From sequence record OR885871: a stretch of 64,000 nt of DNA. One strand, written 5' to 3'. The DNA is from Escherichia phage vB_EcoM_JN03. A model generated the notes under the pieces. The model had not been told where the DNA came from and made no database searches. It was given only the letters and a program-made list of their open reading frames with translations. Made by a program: the position numbers and the translations under genes. Positions 29,712-39,150 of this stretch are shown here, one piece after another; position 1 is the stretch's first letter; the number at the start of each line of letters is the position of its first letter.

Positions 29712-30751
29712 TGGAAATTTTTGCTCTAAATAATAATGACATGCTTAAGAAAGCTGTGTTGGCTATCCGTGAACACGGGATTGAGTCAGATCCTGGCAAC
29801 GCAGAGATTAACACTGACGGCACTCGTTTTATTGATGGCGTGACGATTACGGTGGCTGACCCTCGAGATCGTTGGTTATCTGTTGAAGGTCGTAATTCAT
29901 CTGCGCTTGCTGCGATTGGTGAAACATTCTGGGTTCTGTCAGGCCGCAATGACATCCGTTTCCTTTCCCGAGTCCTCCCTCGTGCGGTCAACTTCTCGGA
30001 TGATGGCGTAACGTGGCGTGGTGCTTACGGACCACGTCTGTACAACTATGGCCAGCTGGATAGTGTCATCAACCGTTTGCGCAATAACCCCAACACCCGT
30101 CAGGCGTATCTCACCATCTATGATCCAGCTCTGGACTCAGATGAAAGTTTGGCCGCGCATAGTGAAACAGGAGAAGCCAAGACTAAAGACATGATCTGTA
30201 ATCTGGCTTTATTGTTCAGTATAACAGAAGGGCGGTTGAACATCACGGTCATCAATCGAAGTCAGGATGTCCTCTGGGGTATGAGTTCAATCAACTTCAT
30301 TGAATTCTCCATTTTGCAGGAAGTATTGGCGAAGGTGCTGAACGTGGAAGTCGGGAATTATAAACTGTTCTCGAATAACCTTCACTATTATAACAACGAA
30401 GTCAGTCGGAAGCAACTCGGGAACATAACCAACAAGACCCGAACTTCTATTGGTATGTACAATTCTTTGTTGGAATTCTCTTCGGAAAAGGTGAAATGTC
30501 AAGAAAACATCCAAAATCTGTTCCTCGGTGTACTTCATCGCTGTGACATTGGCAGTGAATTTGGTAAAATCAGAGAGCATTTGAAGGAATATAACGCAGA
30601 TACAGGTTTGATGATGGATATGTCATATTGTCTGTGGTGTCGCCTTAATGATACTAAAATTGATAAACGTCGGATTGCTGATGATGGTCTTCGTAATGCG
30701 TTGTTGCAATCACCCGTTGACCGTAAACACATGTGGGGGTATGGGGAATGA
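29711..30751 (+). CDS. thymidylate synthase-family enzyme, divergent (possible pyrimidine hydroxymethylase)
   Basis: ThyA-like blocks GAYGPRLYNYGQ, NPNTRQAYLTIYDP, candidate nucleophile DMICNLALLF, RSQDVLWG. Confidence 0.6.
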   Translation: MEIFALNNNDMLKKAVLAIREHGIESDPGNAEINTDGTRFIDGVTITVADPRDRWLSVEGRNSSALAAIGETFWVLSGRNDIRFLSRVLPRAVNFSDDGVTWRGAYGPRLYNYGQLDSVINRLRNNPNTRQAYLTIYDPALDSDESLAAHSETGEAKTKDMICNLALLFSITEGRLNITVINRSQDVLWGMSSINFIEFSILQEVLAKVLNVEVGNYKLFSNNLHYYNNEVSRKQLGNITNKTRTSIGMYNSLLEFSSEKVKCQENIQNLFLGVLHRCDIGSEFGKIREHLKEYNADTGLMMDMSYCLWCRLNDTKIDKRRIADDGLRNALLQSPVDRKHMWGYGE

Positions 30752-31317
30752 AATACCCTAATCTAGAATTTTTTACGGGGCGCAAGCGCTCCGGCAAGGA
30801 CTTCTGTTTGGAGTCCCTCATCAGCTTTCACCATTTACAGGGTGATATGGACATCCAGCGCTTATCTTTCTCAGACGAGTTGCGTCGGGTGGCTCATTAC
30901 ATCTATCCTTGGTTGCCAGAGGAAGTAGAGGACGACATCAAGGACTTGCCATATGTTCACCCAGATAACCCCAAGGGATTAACCCCAAGGCAGATCTGGC
31001 TTCATCTCGGCAGCGATACGGGCTTGCGTTACGTACAACCAGACCTGTTTCTGTCATTCTTTAAACGATATCAACTTCCTTTGGTGGAACAGAACCCACA
31101 CGTTCATTATATCGTGAGTGATTTGCGCACCCCTCAGGAATATGAATGGGCGCTGAGCACTAAATGTCCCATCACCCGCATTTCAAAGGCGGATCGCGGT
31201 GGTATCATAGAGGATGACATTGAGGCTTTCATTGATAAGATGGAAGTTGATTATGAATTTGTCAATCCGTTTGAAGGTTGGCAACCGTTCGTCAAATTTT
31301 ATAGGGATCGGAAATGA
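30748..31317 (+). CDS. deoxynucleoside monophosphate kinase (T4 gp1-like)
   Basis: P-loop GRKRSGKD at N-terminus; ATGA-coupled to upstream gene. Confidence 0.55.
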   Translation: MKYPNLEFFTGRKRSGKDFCLESLISFHHLQGDMDIQRLSFSDELRRVAHYIYPWLPEEVEDDIKDLPYVHPDNPKGLTPRQIWLHLGSDTGLRYVQPDLFLSFFKRYQLPLVEQNPHVHYIVSDLRTPQEYEWALSTKCPITRISKADRGGIIEDDIEAFIDKMEVDYEFVNPFEGWQPFVKFYRDRK

Positions 31318-31859
31318 TCACAGCAGAGCATATTAAAAGTCTGCTCGAACTTCAAAAGGCCACCAACGTGGCCTATTTTGGGGAAGAGTGGAAGAAGCGC
31401 TGGACCGAAGTGGCGATAGCAAACTCCATCTATCGTGAGTGGGCAGAGTTTCTAGACGAAACAACCATAGACTGGAAGATCTATGGGGGTGGTAAGCATT
31501 GGCGACAAGTGGATGCCATATACGAGTTGGTGGACGTTGTTCACTTCATGCTCTGTGCTGTCCTGCAGGAGGAAGACAAACCACACGATATTCCAGAAAT
31601 GGTGAGATTCGTTCAGGCGCAGCCAATTCAAACCCCTCACGACCTCAGGAAAGTGACTGAACTGTTCACGTATTTCATGTCACACCCTCTTCGGAATGTT
31701 TTGGCTACCTTCTTGGCAGCGGCTTGCGGATATTTGGGGCTGGATGCTGAGACCTACATGCTGGCCCACAAGCGCAAGAACGATCGCAATCGTCTACGTG
31801 CTGCTGGCGGTGCGAACTATGATAAGTCCGCGGAAACCCCTTTGACTCTGGAGTTCTAA
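31314..31859 (+). CDS. all-alpha NTP pyrophosphatase, dimeric dUTPase/dCTPase family (T4 gp56-like)
   Basis: EWAEFLDET...DAIYELVDVVHFM and C-terminal K-x2-N-x2-R-type region; ATGA-coupled. Confidence 0.45.
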   Translation: MITAEHIKSLLELQKATNVAYFGEEWKKRWTEVAIANSIYREWAEFLDETTIDWKIYGGGKHWRQVDAIYELVDVVHFMLCAVLQEEDKPHDIPEMVRFVQAQPIQTPHDLRKVTELFTYFMSHPLRNVLATFLAAACGYLGLDAETYMLAHKRKNDRNRLRAAGGANYDKSAETPLTLEF

Positions 31860-32389
31860 TGTTTACAGTCGTCGTATCATATTACGCGGAACACGCCCCG
31901 CAAATGGCACAGAACTTTGCTGAGTTTATTAAACCTGGCAGACATGTCGTTATCGCGACCAAATTCAACAAAGAACCAGATGGTGCGGCTACTGTAACGC
32001 AACATATTACAACACCAGAGCCGGAAACACTTTTTAAACGCATTGAAGATTTTGCTTTTGGCGGGGAAGAAATTCCAGAGTCATTACAGCATATCTATTT
32101 TGAAGATGCGATATATTATGTTCATGCTATTCCAAAGGATGTTACAACTGAACAAATGATGTATATCCTGAATATCGCATTGAATGTTTCTTGTGTCAAC
32201 AGGGCACAGCACAATCGTCTGCGTAATATGTATTTAACAGAACGCGGGGGTTCCGAAATTAACGATGAAAAACTCCCGTCAATAATGGCGATTCATGAAG
32301 CAATCAATATATTGTCCAAGAAAGTCTTGGGCACCGATTTATTAATTACGATCAACAAGCAAGAGGAAACGAAATGGCCGATTCATTGA
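31859..32389 (+). CDS. hypothetical protein
   Basis: TAATG-coupled ORF. Confidence 0.4.
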   Translation: MFTVVVSYYAEHAPQMAQNFAEFIKPGRHVVIATKFNKEPDGAATVTQHITTPEPETLFKRIEDFAFGGEEIPESLQHIYFEDAIYYVHAIPKDVTTEQMMYILNIALNVSCVNRAQHNRLRNMYLTERGGSEINDEKLPSIMAIHEAINILSKKVLGTDLLITINKQEETKWPIH

Positions 32390-33459
32390 TGGCTCGCATG
32401 CTCAAGACAGCAAAGAAACTGGACCCGAATGCCGAAGTGCTGTCAAAGACCGATGCGCTGAAGCCTGACATTATTTGCAGTACGGGTATTCCTATTCTGA
32501 ATTTGGCCTGGTCCGGTCGTATTGATGGTGGTCTGATATCAGGCATCAAACAGTTGGTGGGGGATTCTCGTACATTCAAAACCATGTTTGGGCTGGTGGA
32601 TGTTAAGGCTTACATGGATAAGTTTCCTGATGCAATTTGTATCTTCGCGGATTCAGAAGGCGGTGCGAATGAAAACTACTGGACATCTATGGGTATTGAC
32701 ATGGACCGTGTCTTGTATCTGCCGATTGAAAACGTTGAAAAGACGAAGATCAAGCTGACACAGCTTCTGAACGATGCACAGAAAGGTGACAAGATCATCG
32801 TATTCATTGACTCAATCAGCCAGTTGCCGTCTACCAAAGAAGTTGATGATGCCATCGCGGGCAAAGACACGCAAGATATGACCCGCGCTCGCGCTCTCAA
32901 TAGTTTTTGGCGTGTTATCACCCCGTTGGTCACTGAAAAGAAATTCGTTTTGGTATGGATCAACTCGTACTATGATGAAATCGGGAACCAATACGCCGAG
33001 CCGAACATCAAAGGCGGTAAACAGGGGTTCCTGTCTTCTAACCAATTGTGGTTCATCACGCGTTCTCAAGTTAAAGAAGACAAAGACCTTTTGGGATGGC
33101 AGTTTACAGTCAACATTATGAAAGGCCGCTTTGTCCGTGAAAAAGCCAAGTTCCCTGTCACTGTGTTGTATGAAGGCGGTATTGACCGTTGGTCCGGTAT
33201 GTTAGAAATTGCGCGCATGCTGGGGTATGTGGATTTGGTGAGTGGTTCTTGGTATCAACGCACTGCCAAAGGCGGGTTTGATCCAGAAAAAGAAAAGAAA
33301 TATCGTAAGGCAGAGCTGGGGGATGACTTCTGGTATCCGCTGCTGGAAAACCCAGACTTTGTTGACGATGTGAACAACATGTTCGGTATCTCTCAGAGTT
33401 CGGTTATGCCTGCAGATATGCTGGAGCGCCTCGATAATGTCATCAAAACAACCGAGTAA
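32374..33459 (+). CDS. uvsX: recombinase UvsX (RecA-like)
   Basis: RecA-fold layout with Walker A GDSRTFKT; RBS AGAGGAAA. Confidence 0.8.
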   Translation: MADSLMARMLKTAKKLDPNAEVLSKTDALKPDIICSTGIPILNLAWSGRIDGGLISGIKQLVGDSRTFKTMFGLVDVKAYMDKFPDAICIFADSEGGANENYWTSMGIDMDRVLYLPIENVEKTKIKLTQLLNDAQKGDKIIVFIDSISQLPSTKEVDDAIAGKDTQDMTRARALNSFWRVITPLVTEKKFVLVWINSYYDEIGNQYAEPNIKGGKQGFLSSNQLWFITRSQVKEDKDLLGWQFTVNIMKGRFVREKAKFPVTVLYEGGIDRWSGMLEIARMLGYVDLVSGSWYQRTAKGGFDPEKEKKYRKAELGDDFWYPLLENPDFVDDVNNMFGISQSSVMPADMLERLDNVIKTTE

Positions 33460-33766
33460 TATTGCAGGGGGAGGAGACTCCCCCGTTAATTACAAAATCA
33501 TCGACCCTGGTTCTGATCAGTTAGCAATAATCGAAATAACGGAAGGCAAATTCCGTGGCGTTCAATTTCGTATAGGGAAAGTGGGTGTCCATTTAGATAA
33601 TGGAGAGCCTCGGTTATCCTTTACAACAGATATATTGAAGAAACCATGGCGTTTGTTATTTGTTAATTTGAAAGAAAATGACTTGTTCACTGTGGTGTCT
33701 GGGGATATCTTAGTTGATCTGATACAGCAAAATGCTCAGGATTACAACAAAATTTTGGTGGGGTAG
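33437..33766 (+). CDS. hypothetical protein
   Basis: Small ORF between uvsX and helicase. Confidence 0.35.
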   Translation: MSSKQPSNIAGGGDSPVNYKIIDPGSDQLAIIEITEGKFRGVQFRIGKVGVHLDNGEPRLSFTTDILKKPWRLLFVNLKENDLFTVVSGDILVDLIQQNAQDYNKILVG

Positions 33767-33772
33767 TTGCCA

Positions 33773-35197
33773 ATGTTACTCGAATCTGTCGTGCTTTCCC
33801 AATTAATCTATAACGAAGAATATCAAAGAAAGATCCAGCCGTATTTGAAAGCCGATTATTTCGATAACGAAGGCGAGAAAATTATATTCGGTCTCATTGA
33901 CCATTACACTTGCGAATATAATGCTCGTCCTTCGGTTGAAGCGTTGTCTATTATGCTGGAAAAGACTTCGCTCAACGAACACGTATTTGAACAAGCTATT
34001 TCTGCTCTTGAGAATATCAATGACAACACATTCCATCAGGAATGGCTTGTAAAAGAAACAGAAAGTTGGGCGCGGCAGAAAGCTGTTCATAATGCGATCA
34101 AACACGCCGTCAACATCTATGGTGATGAGAAACGTAAAGATGAGATGAACACGATTCCAACTCTCCTACAAGAGGCGTTGGCGATAAGTTTTGATTCTTA
34201 TCTTGGCCATATCTATTGGGAAATGGCTGAACAACAATACGACCACATGAACTCTAATGAAGCGAAGATTCCTTTCGCTGTAGAGATATTCAACAAAGCG
34301 ACTCGTGGTGGTGTTGGTAAGAAAACGCTGAACATCGTGACGGGTGCAATTAATGCGGGTAAGACAACAACTCTGATTGATTTGGCTGCTGGTTACTCCG
34401 AGCAAGGGTTGAACGTATTCGTATTCACCCTAGAAGTGGCTGAGAACGTCTGGCGTCACCGCCTTGATGCCCGTATGATGCGCAGGGACTTCGAGTCCTT
34501 AGAGAAGCTCTCACGACATGAATATGTCGCCACGATACAAAAGTTGCGAACTCGTCAAGACGGTTCCATGAAGGGTGATATTGTTATCAAGGAATATCCT
34601 TCAGGCGCTGGGCATACAGGACTATATCGCCGCGATATCCTTGATTATGCGACATCCACGGGAATTACGCCGGACGTCATTATTATAGACTACTTGGGTG
34701 AATCAGCGTCTTCTCGCCTTCCTGCCCATTTAATGCAGAACACCAACGTGTATTATACGTCGGTGGCGCGTGAATTCCGTGCGCTTGGATTTGAATTTGA
34801 TTGCCCTGTATGGACAGGTATGCAATTTAACCGTGAAAAACAATCGGCGACTGATGGTGATATTAGCGACCTGGCAGATGCTATCGGTATTCCGAAGGTT
34901 GCAGACTTCATCATGGCGTTCTATGCCCCTGATGAACTGGCGGCTGTTAAGAAAGCCCGAGCGTCTATCTTGAAAAACCGTTATGCCAATAAACAGAAAC
35001 TCAAATCGTTCTTGTTCGGTATGGATCAAGATAAACAGATATTGTTTGACTTGGATTGGAATGAAGTCAAGCGAGACCTGACAGAAGAGGAAGCCCGTTA
35101 TGTTGAGAATGTTCATATCAAACATGACTTAAACAAAACAGGCGACGTAAATGATGTCAAGAAAGCCGAGACCGTGAATAATTGGAATTTCGGTTAA
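33773..35197 (+). CDS. replicative DnaB-like helicase (T4 gp41-like)
   Basis: Walker A GAINAGKTT; ORF-track start 33767 is TTG. Confidence 0.75.
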   Translation: MLLESVVLSQLIYNEEYQRKIQPYLKADYFDNEGEKIIFGLIDHYTCEYNARPSVEALSIMLEKTSLNEHVFEQAISALENINDNTFHQEWLVKETESWARQKAVHNAIKHAVNIYGDEKRKDEMNTIPTLLQEALAISFDSYLGHIYWEMAEQQYDHMNSNEAKIPFAVEIFNKATRGGVGKKTLNIVTGAINAGKTTTLIDLAAGYSEQGLNVFVFTLEVAENVWRHRLDARMMRRDFESLEKLSRHEYVATIQKLRTRQDGSMKGDIVIKEYPSGAGHTGLYRRDILDYATSTGITPDVIIIDYLGESASSRLPAHLMQNTNVYYTSVAREFRALGFEFDCPVWTGMQFNREKQSATDGDISDLADAIGIPKVADFIMAFYAPDELAAVKKARASILKNRYANKQKLKSFLFGMDQDKQILFDLDWNEVKRDLTEEEARYVENVHIKHDLNKTGDVNDVKKAETVNNWNFG

Positions 35198-35198
35198 C

Positions 35199-35226
35199 TT
35201 CAATAATGGTGATCATAGGGTATAAT
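35199..35226 (+). promoter_or_regulatory. sigma70-like promoter (TTCAAT-16 nt-TATAAT)
   Basis: Hexamers with 16-nt spacer, about 35 nt upstream of ATG 35261. Confidence 0.4.
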
Positions 35227-35260
35227 CTCTATGATCTGAATATTAACCCAGGAGCACATC

Positions 35261-35593
35261 ATGTCGGATGTTGCATTTATAGCTGACCTGATTCGGGCGG
35301 CACAACAGGTGTGCCAGTCTGGAGAAACCAGTCTCAAACTCACTACAGAGCAGACTCTAGAATTTTATAAGAATCGTCGGCATTGGGGTAAGAATGTCAA
35401 GATACATTGCGAACCAGGTGAATTGGTTCAGCTTGATCTTCCGTCTTTTCCATTGCCAGTACAGACCAACACTCAGGAATATTACAATGTTGAAGGCGTT
35501 GATATTATTCCTAAGTTTGGTTTTCACAGTATCGTTTATTTCTTCCTGCGCCGTTTGGGAACTAGTATCGGTCCACTCGGTTCTCGTCATTAA
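35261..35593 (+). CDS. hypothetical protein
   Basis: RBS AGGAG before ATG. Confidence 0.35.
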   Translation: MSDVAFIADLIRAAQQVCQSGETSLKLTTEQTLEFYKNRRHWGKNVKIHCEPGELVQLDLPSFPLPVQTNTQEYYNVEGVDIIPKFGFHSIVYFFLRRLGTSIGPLGSRH

Positions 35594-35605
35594 TGAGGAT
35601 ATATT

Positions 35606-35908
35606 ATGTCAGTTGAACAAATTGGTTTTTATCAACTCCCTTCTGATCCAAAACTGCGTCAAAAGATGATGCAGACTTTAGAAAATTGTCGTGCCGCCCA
35701 GATCCGTATCAAGTCTGAACAGACCTTTGTTACCGAAGCCCTGGCTGAATTGGCAAAAGAAACAGGCATCAAAGCCGTTGATCTGCGCAAAGTCGTTACC
35801 GATCGCGCTGGTGGAACTTATACCAAGACCATCGAGACTAGCGCCAAATACCAGGATCTTTATGAGTCACTGTATCCTAACGCCGCACCTGATCGCACTG
35901 CTGAATAA
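35606..35908 (+). CDS. hypothetical protein
   Basis: RBS GAGGA before ATG. Confidence 0.4.
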   Translation: MSVEQIGFYQLPSDPKLRQKMMQTLENCRAAQIRIKSEQTFVTEALAELAKETGIKAVDLRKVVTDRAGGTYTKTIETSAKYQDLYESLYPNAAPDRTAE

Positions 35909-35918
35909 TATCGGTAAA

Positions 35919-35945
35919 AGCCCAACATTTGTTGGGCTTTAATTC
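35919..35945 (+). terminator. rho-independent terminator
   Basis: AGCCCAAC-ATTT-GTTGGGCT then T-rich. Confidence 0.55.
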
Positions 35946-36025
35946 AATAAAACTTTACTTCAATAAAACTTGCGGCTATCATTTATCCTACATTGAAAAG
36001 TTTCACTACATCATGAGAGGCAAAA

Positions 36026-37219
36026 ATGAAAGCCAAGACCTTCAGCATCCCAATTGATAATATTGGTCGTGTCAAGGAACGTCTTGCCAAACTTGAAAGA
36101 ACGGCAAACCGCCTGAAACTCGAGTTCCCTCTTGTTGAGTTCAGTGAACCATACAAAACACAACATCGCGATTCTATCACTGGCGAAAAATTTTTTCGTT
36201 GGTGGCAAGATTGTACTCTAACTGGTGAAGGCATCGACCGCCCCGTTTCCTACGGCGGGTGGAGCATTATTGGACAATTCAATCACCAATATCCAAAAGT
36301 CATCTTGAATAAATTAGCAGATGACATCCACCCAAATTTCGTTCAAAGATTCGAAGCCGAAAACGTGTCTTGGTGTGAGCATTGTAATAAATCTGTGCGT
36401 CGTCATAACACATATGTTGTTCGTAACGAACAATCTGGCGCACAGATGCTCGTGGGTAGCAGCTGCATGCATCATTATGTTCCGCATCAGAAATCGCTTG
36501 ATGCAGTTATGTCTTATTACATGTCTATTCACGAAATGTTTACTCCCGATGAAGATGACCCAGAAGGGATTTATCGGGTTAATGAACCAGATTATGTTGA
36601 CACAGAAGGATATTTGCGTAAATGCTTTCAGGTTTTGCTGTCCGGCCTGAGCATTAAAAGTGATGATTTTGGTCGAGTTCTTGGTCATATCTCTAGCGGC
36701 ACTCGTCCGGAGAAAGGTTCTGACATTGATATATTCTATAACAAGGCTGTTAAAGCCCGTGAAGATGCTCAATCAGAGATGTATCATATGATGCTTTTCA
36801 TCGCATCGTTGTCTGAAAATAACGATTTCAACGTCCGGCTGAAACGTATGTGCGAACCTGGTTATCACCTTGTTAAAGACTCAACAACAGTTCGTTGGGG
36901 AGCAGCAAAGTATTATGATTATATCCACACCCCCCGCCAAACGCGCACTGTATCAAATTGGGTTGGTGAAGTTGGTGAAATGTTAGAAGCACAGGTCAAA
37001 TTTGAAGCAAGGATTTTCCTGTATTCATCTGATTATGGTGACACGTATCTGTATACTTTCAAAACCAAGGAAGGCAATACCATTACATGGAAGACTTCCT
37101 ATATGGAAACCGAGTTTTTAGAAGGCGATATGATCATTCGAGGTCGTGTCAAAGAATTGACCGAATTCAAAGGTATTAAACAAACTCAGATTACAAGGGC
37201 AAAACTGAGGAAATTATGA
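36026..37219 (+). CDS. hypothetical protein with Cys/His cluster
   Basis: 397 aa; WCEHCNKS...GSSCMHHY. Confidence 0.45.
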   Translation: MKAKTFSIPIDNIGRVKERLAKLERTANRLKLEFPLVEFSEPYKTQHRDSITGEKFFRWWQDCTLTGEGIDRPVSYGGWSIIGQFNHQYPKVILNKLADDIHPNFVQRFEAENVSWCEHCNKSVRRHNTYVVRNEQSGAQMLVGSSCMHHYVPHQKSLDAVMSYYMSIHEMFTPDEDDPEGIYRVNEPDYVDTEGYLRKCFQVLLSGLSIKSDDFGRVLGHISSGTRPEKGSDIDIFYNKAVKAREDAQSEMYHMMLFIASLSENNDFNVRLKRMCEPGYHLVKDSTTVRWGAAKYYDYIHTPRQTRTVSNWVGEVGEMLEAQVKFEARIFLYSSDYGDTYLYTFKTKEGNTITWKTSYMETEFLEGDMIIRGRVKELTEFKGIKQTQITRAKLRKL

Positions 37220-37332
37220 TTCTTTTACAATTTGTTTTGAAAGCATTTGCATTCGGTCTTATCGCATGCGGAGTGATCACAGCTATGCTGTTAATCATAG
37301 CCCTGATCATCCCATTTAAGAGGAAACGTTAA
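37216..37332 (+). CDS. small hydrophobic peptide (38 aa, below ORF-track cutoff)
   Basis: MILLQFVLKAFAFGLIACGVITAMLLIIALIIPFKRKR; ATGA-coupled upstream, stop 1 nt before next ATG. Confidence 0.35.
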   Translation: MILLQFVLKAFAFGLIACGVITAMLLIIALIIPFKRKR

Positions 37333-37532
37333 TGAAACGGGAAATCTTGGATGTTTACTACCCTGGATCTTGTTGTCCAGGCCATGACAAGTACCCAGCG
37401 GACACATACAAAAATCGCCGCTCTAAATCAAAACGTTCAGACGGTATTAAAAAGGAGCATCGACATGTCCGCCGTGTCAAGCGCCAAAATCTGAAATCTG
37501 ATTTGCTCTTCATTACCAAGGAGGATTTCTAA
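37332..37532 (+). CDS. hypothetical basic protein
   Basis: Small ORF, Lys/Arg-rich. Confidence 0.35.
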   Translation: MKREILDVYYPGSCCPGHDKYPADTYKNRRSKSKRSDGIKKEHRHVRRVKRQNLKSDLLFITKEDF

Positions 37533-37744
37533 TGGAATGTTCATGCGGAGGGCAAGGCACAAGTGCATACTTGCCATTTAACACCGTGAAGGAAGCCGAA
37601 GAAGCCGGATATGCCGTGGATAAGGCTCCCTGTGTAATTGCCACCAAGGATTGTCCGTGCTGTAAGAGGCACTCTCAGGACGTGCATTACTCACCAAACG
37701 CACGTTCAGATAAAGTCAATCTTCTTTCACTGATGAGTAAATGA
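37532..37744 (+). CDS. Cys-rich small protein
   Basis: RBS AGGAGGA; CSCGG...CPCC. Confidence 0.35.
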   Translation: MECSCGGQGTSAYLPFNTVKEAEEAGYAVDKAPCVIATKDCPCCKRHSQDVHYSPNARSDKVNLLSLMSK

Positions 37745-37745
37745 C

Positions 37746-38093
37746 ATGCGCAAATATTTTAACTGGTTGTTGGGGAAACCCCTAAGCGTCGAAATCCGTT
37801 GTCTTATTGATGCCATCGACGCTGATGACGTTGAATGGAATGGTGAACGCTTTGTCGGTATCGATACTGTCATCTATAACGGCGTAAGGGTATGTGCATA
37901 TACAGTCAATAGCAGCGCAGGGTATAGAGTCGATATCGGTTTTTGTTTCGATTGTCTGCCATACCATGAGGCCAAGGCCGTGTATAAAGCGCTCACCCGA
38001 CATCACAGGCGTCGGATTAATCGTGAAGCAATTCAGGTCGATACATATGACCGTGAAAAAGTCCGCAAAGCTCTTGGCTATCACAACAAATAA
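37746..38093 (+). CDS. hypothetical protein
   Basis: ATG ORF. Confidence 0.35.
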   Translation: MRKYFNWLLGKPLSVEIRCLIDAIDADDVEWNGERFVGIDTVIYNGVRVCAYTVNSSAGYRVDIGFCFDCLPYHEAKAVYKALTRHHRRRINREAIQVDTYDREKVRKALGYHNK

Positions 38094-38147
38094 TTCAATA
38101 AACGTTTACCCATATAATACATGGGAATTAAACAGAAGGAATAAACA

Positions 38148-38489
38148 ATGCCCACACTCGTAGAAACATTATTCCCAGGTTGTACGCTTGGGCGCGGCGG
38201 CTCTGAGGCCAATGGGTTAGCGATTGATGTTGAGCCTAAAAACTGCACCATCATCGACAAGTTTCACGACAATCATTATGCTCTGAATGATCGTCGCGAT
38301 CATTATTTGGTTTCTGTGGGAGAATCTTTGGTTCACCTTCGAATCTGTTCTGCTTTACCAGGATATGGGTATGACGCATTTGCTTATATCCATGATGTTT
38401 CCAACGGTGAGATGGGGAAAGAATCCCTGATTGAAAAATTCAAGAGTTGGAAGGAATCCTTCACCTCTGTCACACCACCTAAGAAATAA
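38148..38489 (+). CDS. hypothetical protein
   Basis: ATG ORF. Confidence 0.35.
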   Translation: MPTLVETLFPGCTLGRGGSEANGLAIDVEPKNCTIIDKFHDNHYALNDRRDHYLVSVGESLVHLRICSALPGYGYDAFAYIHDVSNGEMGKESLIEKFKSWKESFTSVTPPKK

Positions 38490-38504
38490 TTGAGGAATAT
38501 ATTA

Positions 38505-39113
38505 ATGTCACTGAAAACCTTTTTAAACCGCCTGTTCAGCACTGTCGAGGCCAATTTAACTGCAGGTTTGGATAAACTCACAGATACTGAGAAGCGTTTG
38601 AATCTGGCTGCACGGAAACTATCTGATGAAATCCGGCGTTTAGAAGAAGCCCGTGTAACCAATGTCCACCATGGCGTTAAGATGAAGAAGACCGCTGATG
38701 AAAATCTGGCTGAAGCCATCAAGCGAGAAACCATTTTGAAAGATGCGATCGCTCGTGGAGTAACTCCTACCCGCGCCGAAGCTTTAATCATACTCCACCG
38801 CCGTCGTATTGGTGAAGCCTTGCTGGATAAAGTCAAAGAGATCGAATCTGGCAGCGTGAAATTGAATTCGGCAATTGTTGAATTAGGTGACAAACTGGAC
38901 GCTGTTAAGTCTAATCTCGAATTGGTCCGAATTCAGAAAGAATCAAATGATCTTGGGTTAACTTTACCGGAAGACATCGATTACGCGGCTGGAATGATTA
39001 ATGTCGACGTTGATGCTATCCTTCGGGAAGCCGAAATCGCAGATTCCAATTATTCTACCAATAGCCCTTCAGCAACAGAAGCGGACAATTATCTGGCAAG
39101 TTTATCAAAATAA
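38505..39113 (+). CDS. PspA/IM30-like coiled-coil protein, tentative
   Basis: N-terminus FLNRLFSTVEANLTAGLDKL resembles PspA FSRFADIVNANINALLEKA; all-helical about 200 aa. Confidence 0.4.
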   Translation: MSLKTFLNRLFSTVEANLTAGLDKLTDTEKRLNLAARKLSDEIRRLEEARVTNVHHGVKMKKTADENLAEAIKRETILKDAIARGVTPTRAEALIILHRRRIGEALLDKVKEIESGSVKLNSAIVELGDKLDAVKSNLELVRIQKESNDLGLTLPEDIDYAAGMINVDVDAILREAEIADSNYSTNSPSATEADNYLASLSK

Positions 39114-39150
39114 TATAGAAGGGGCATATGCCCCTTCATTTGGGGGATTT

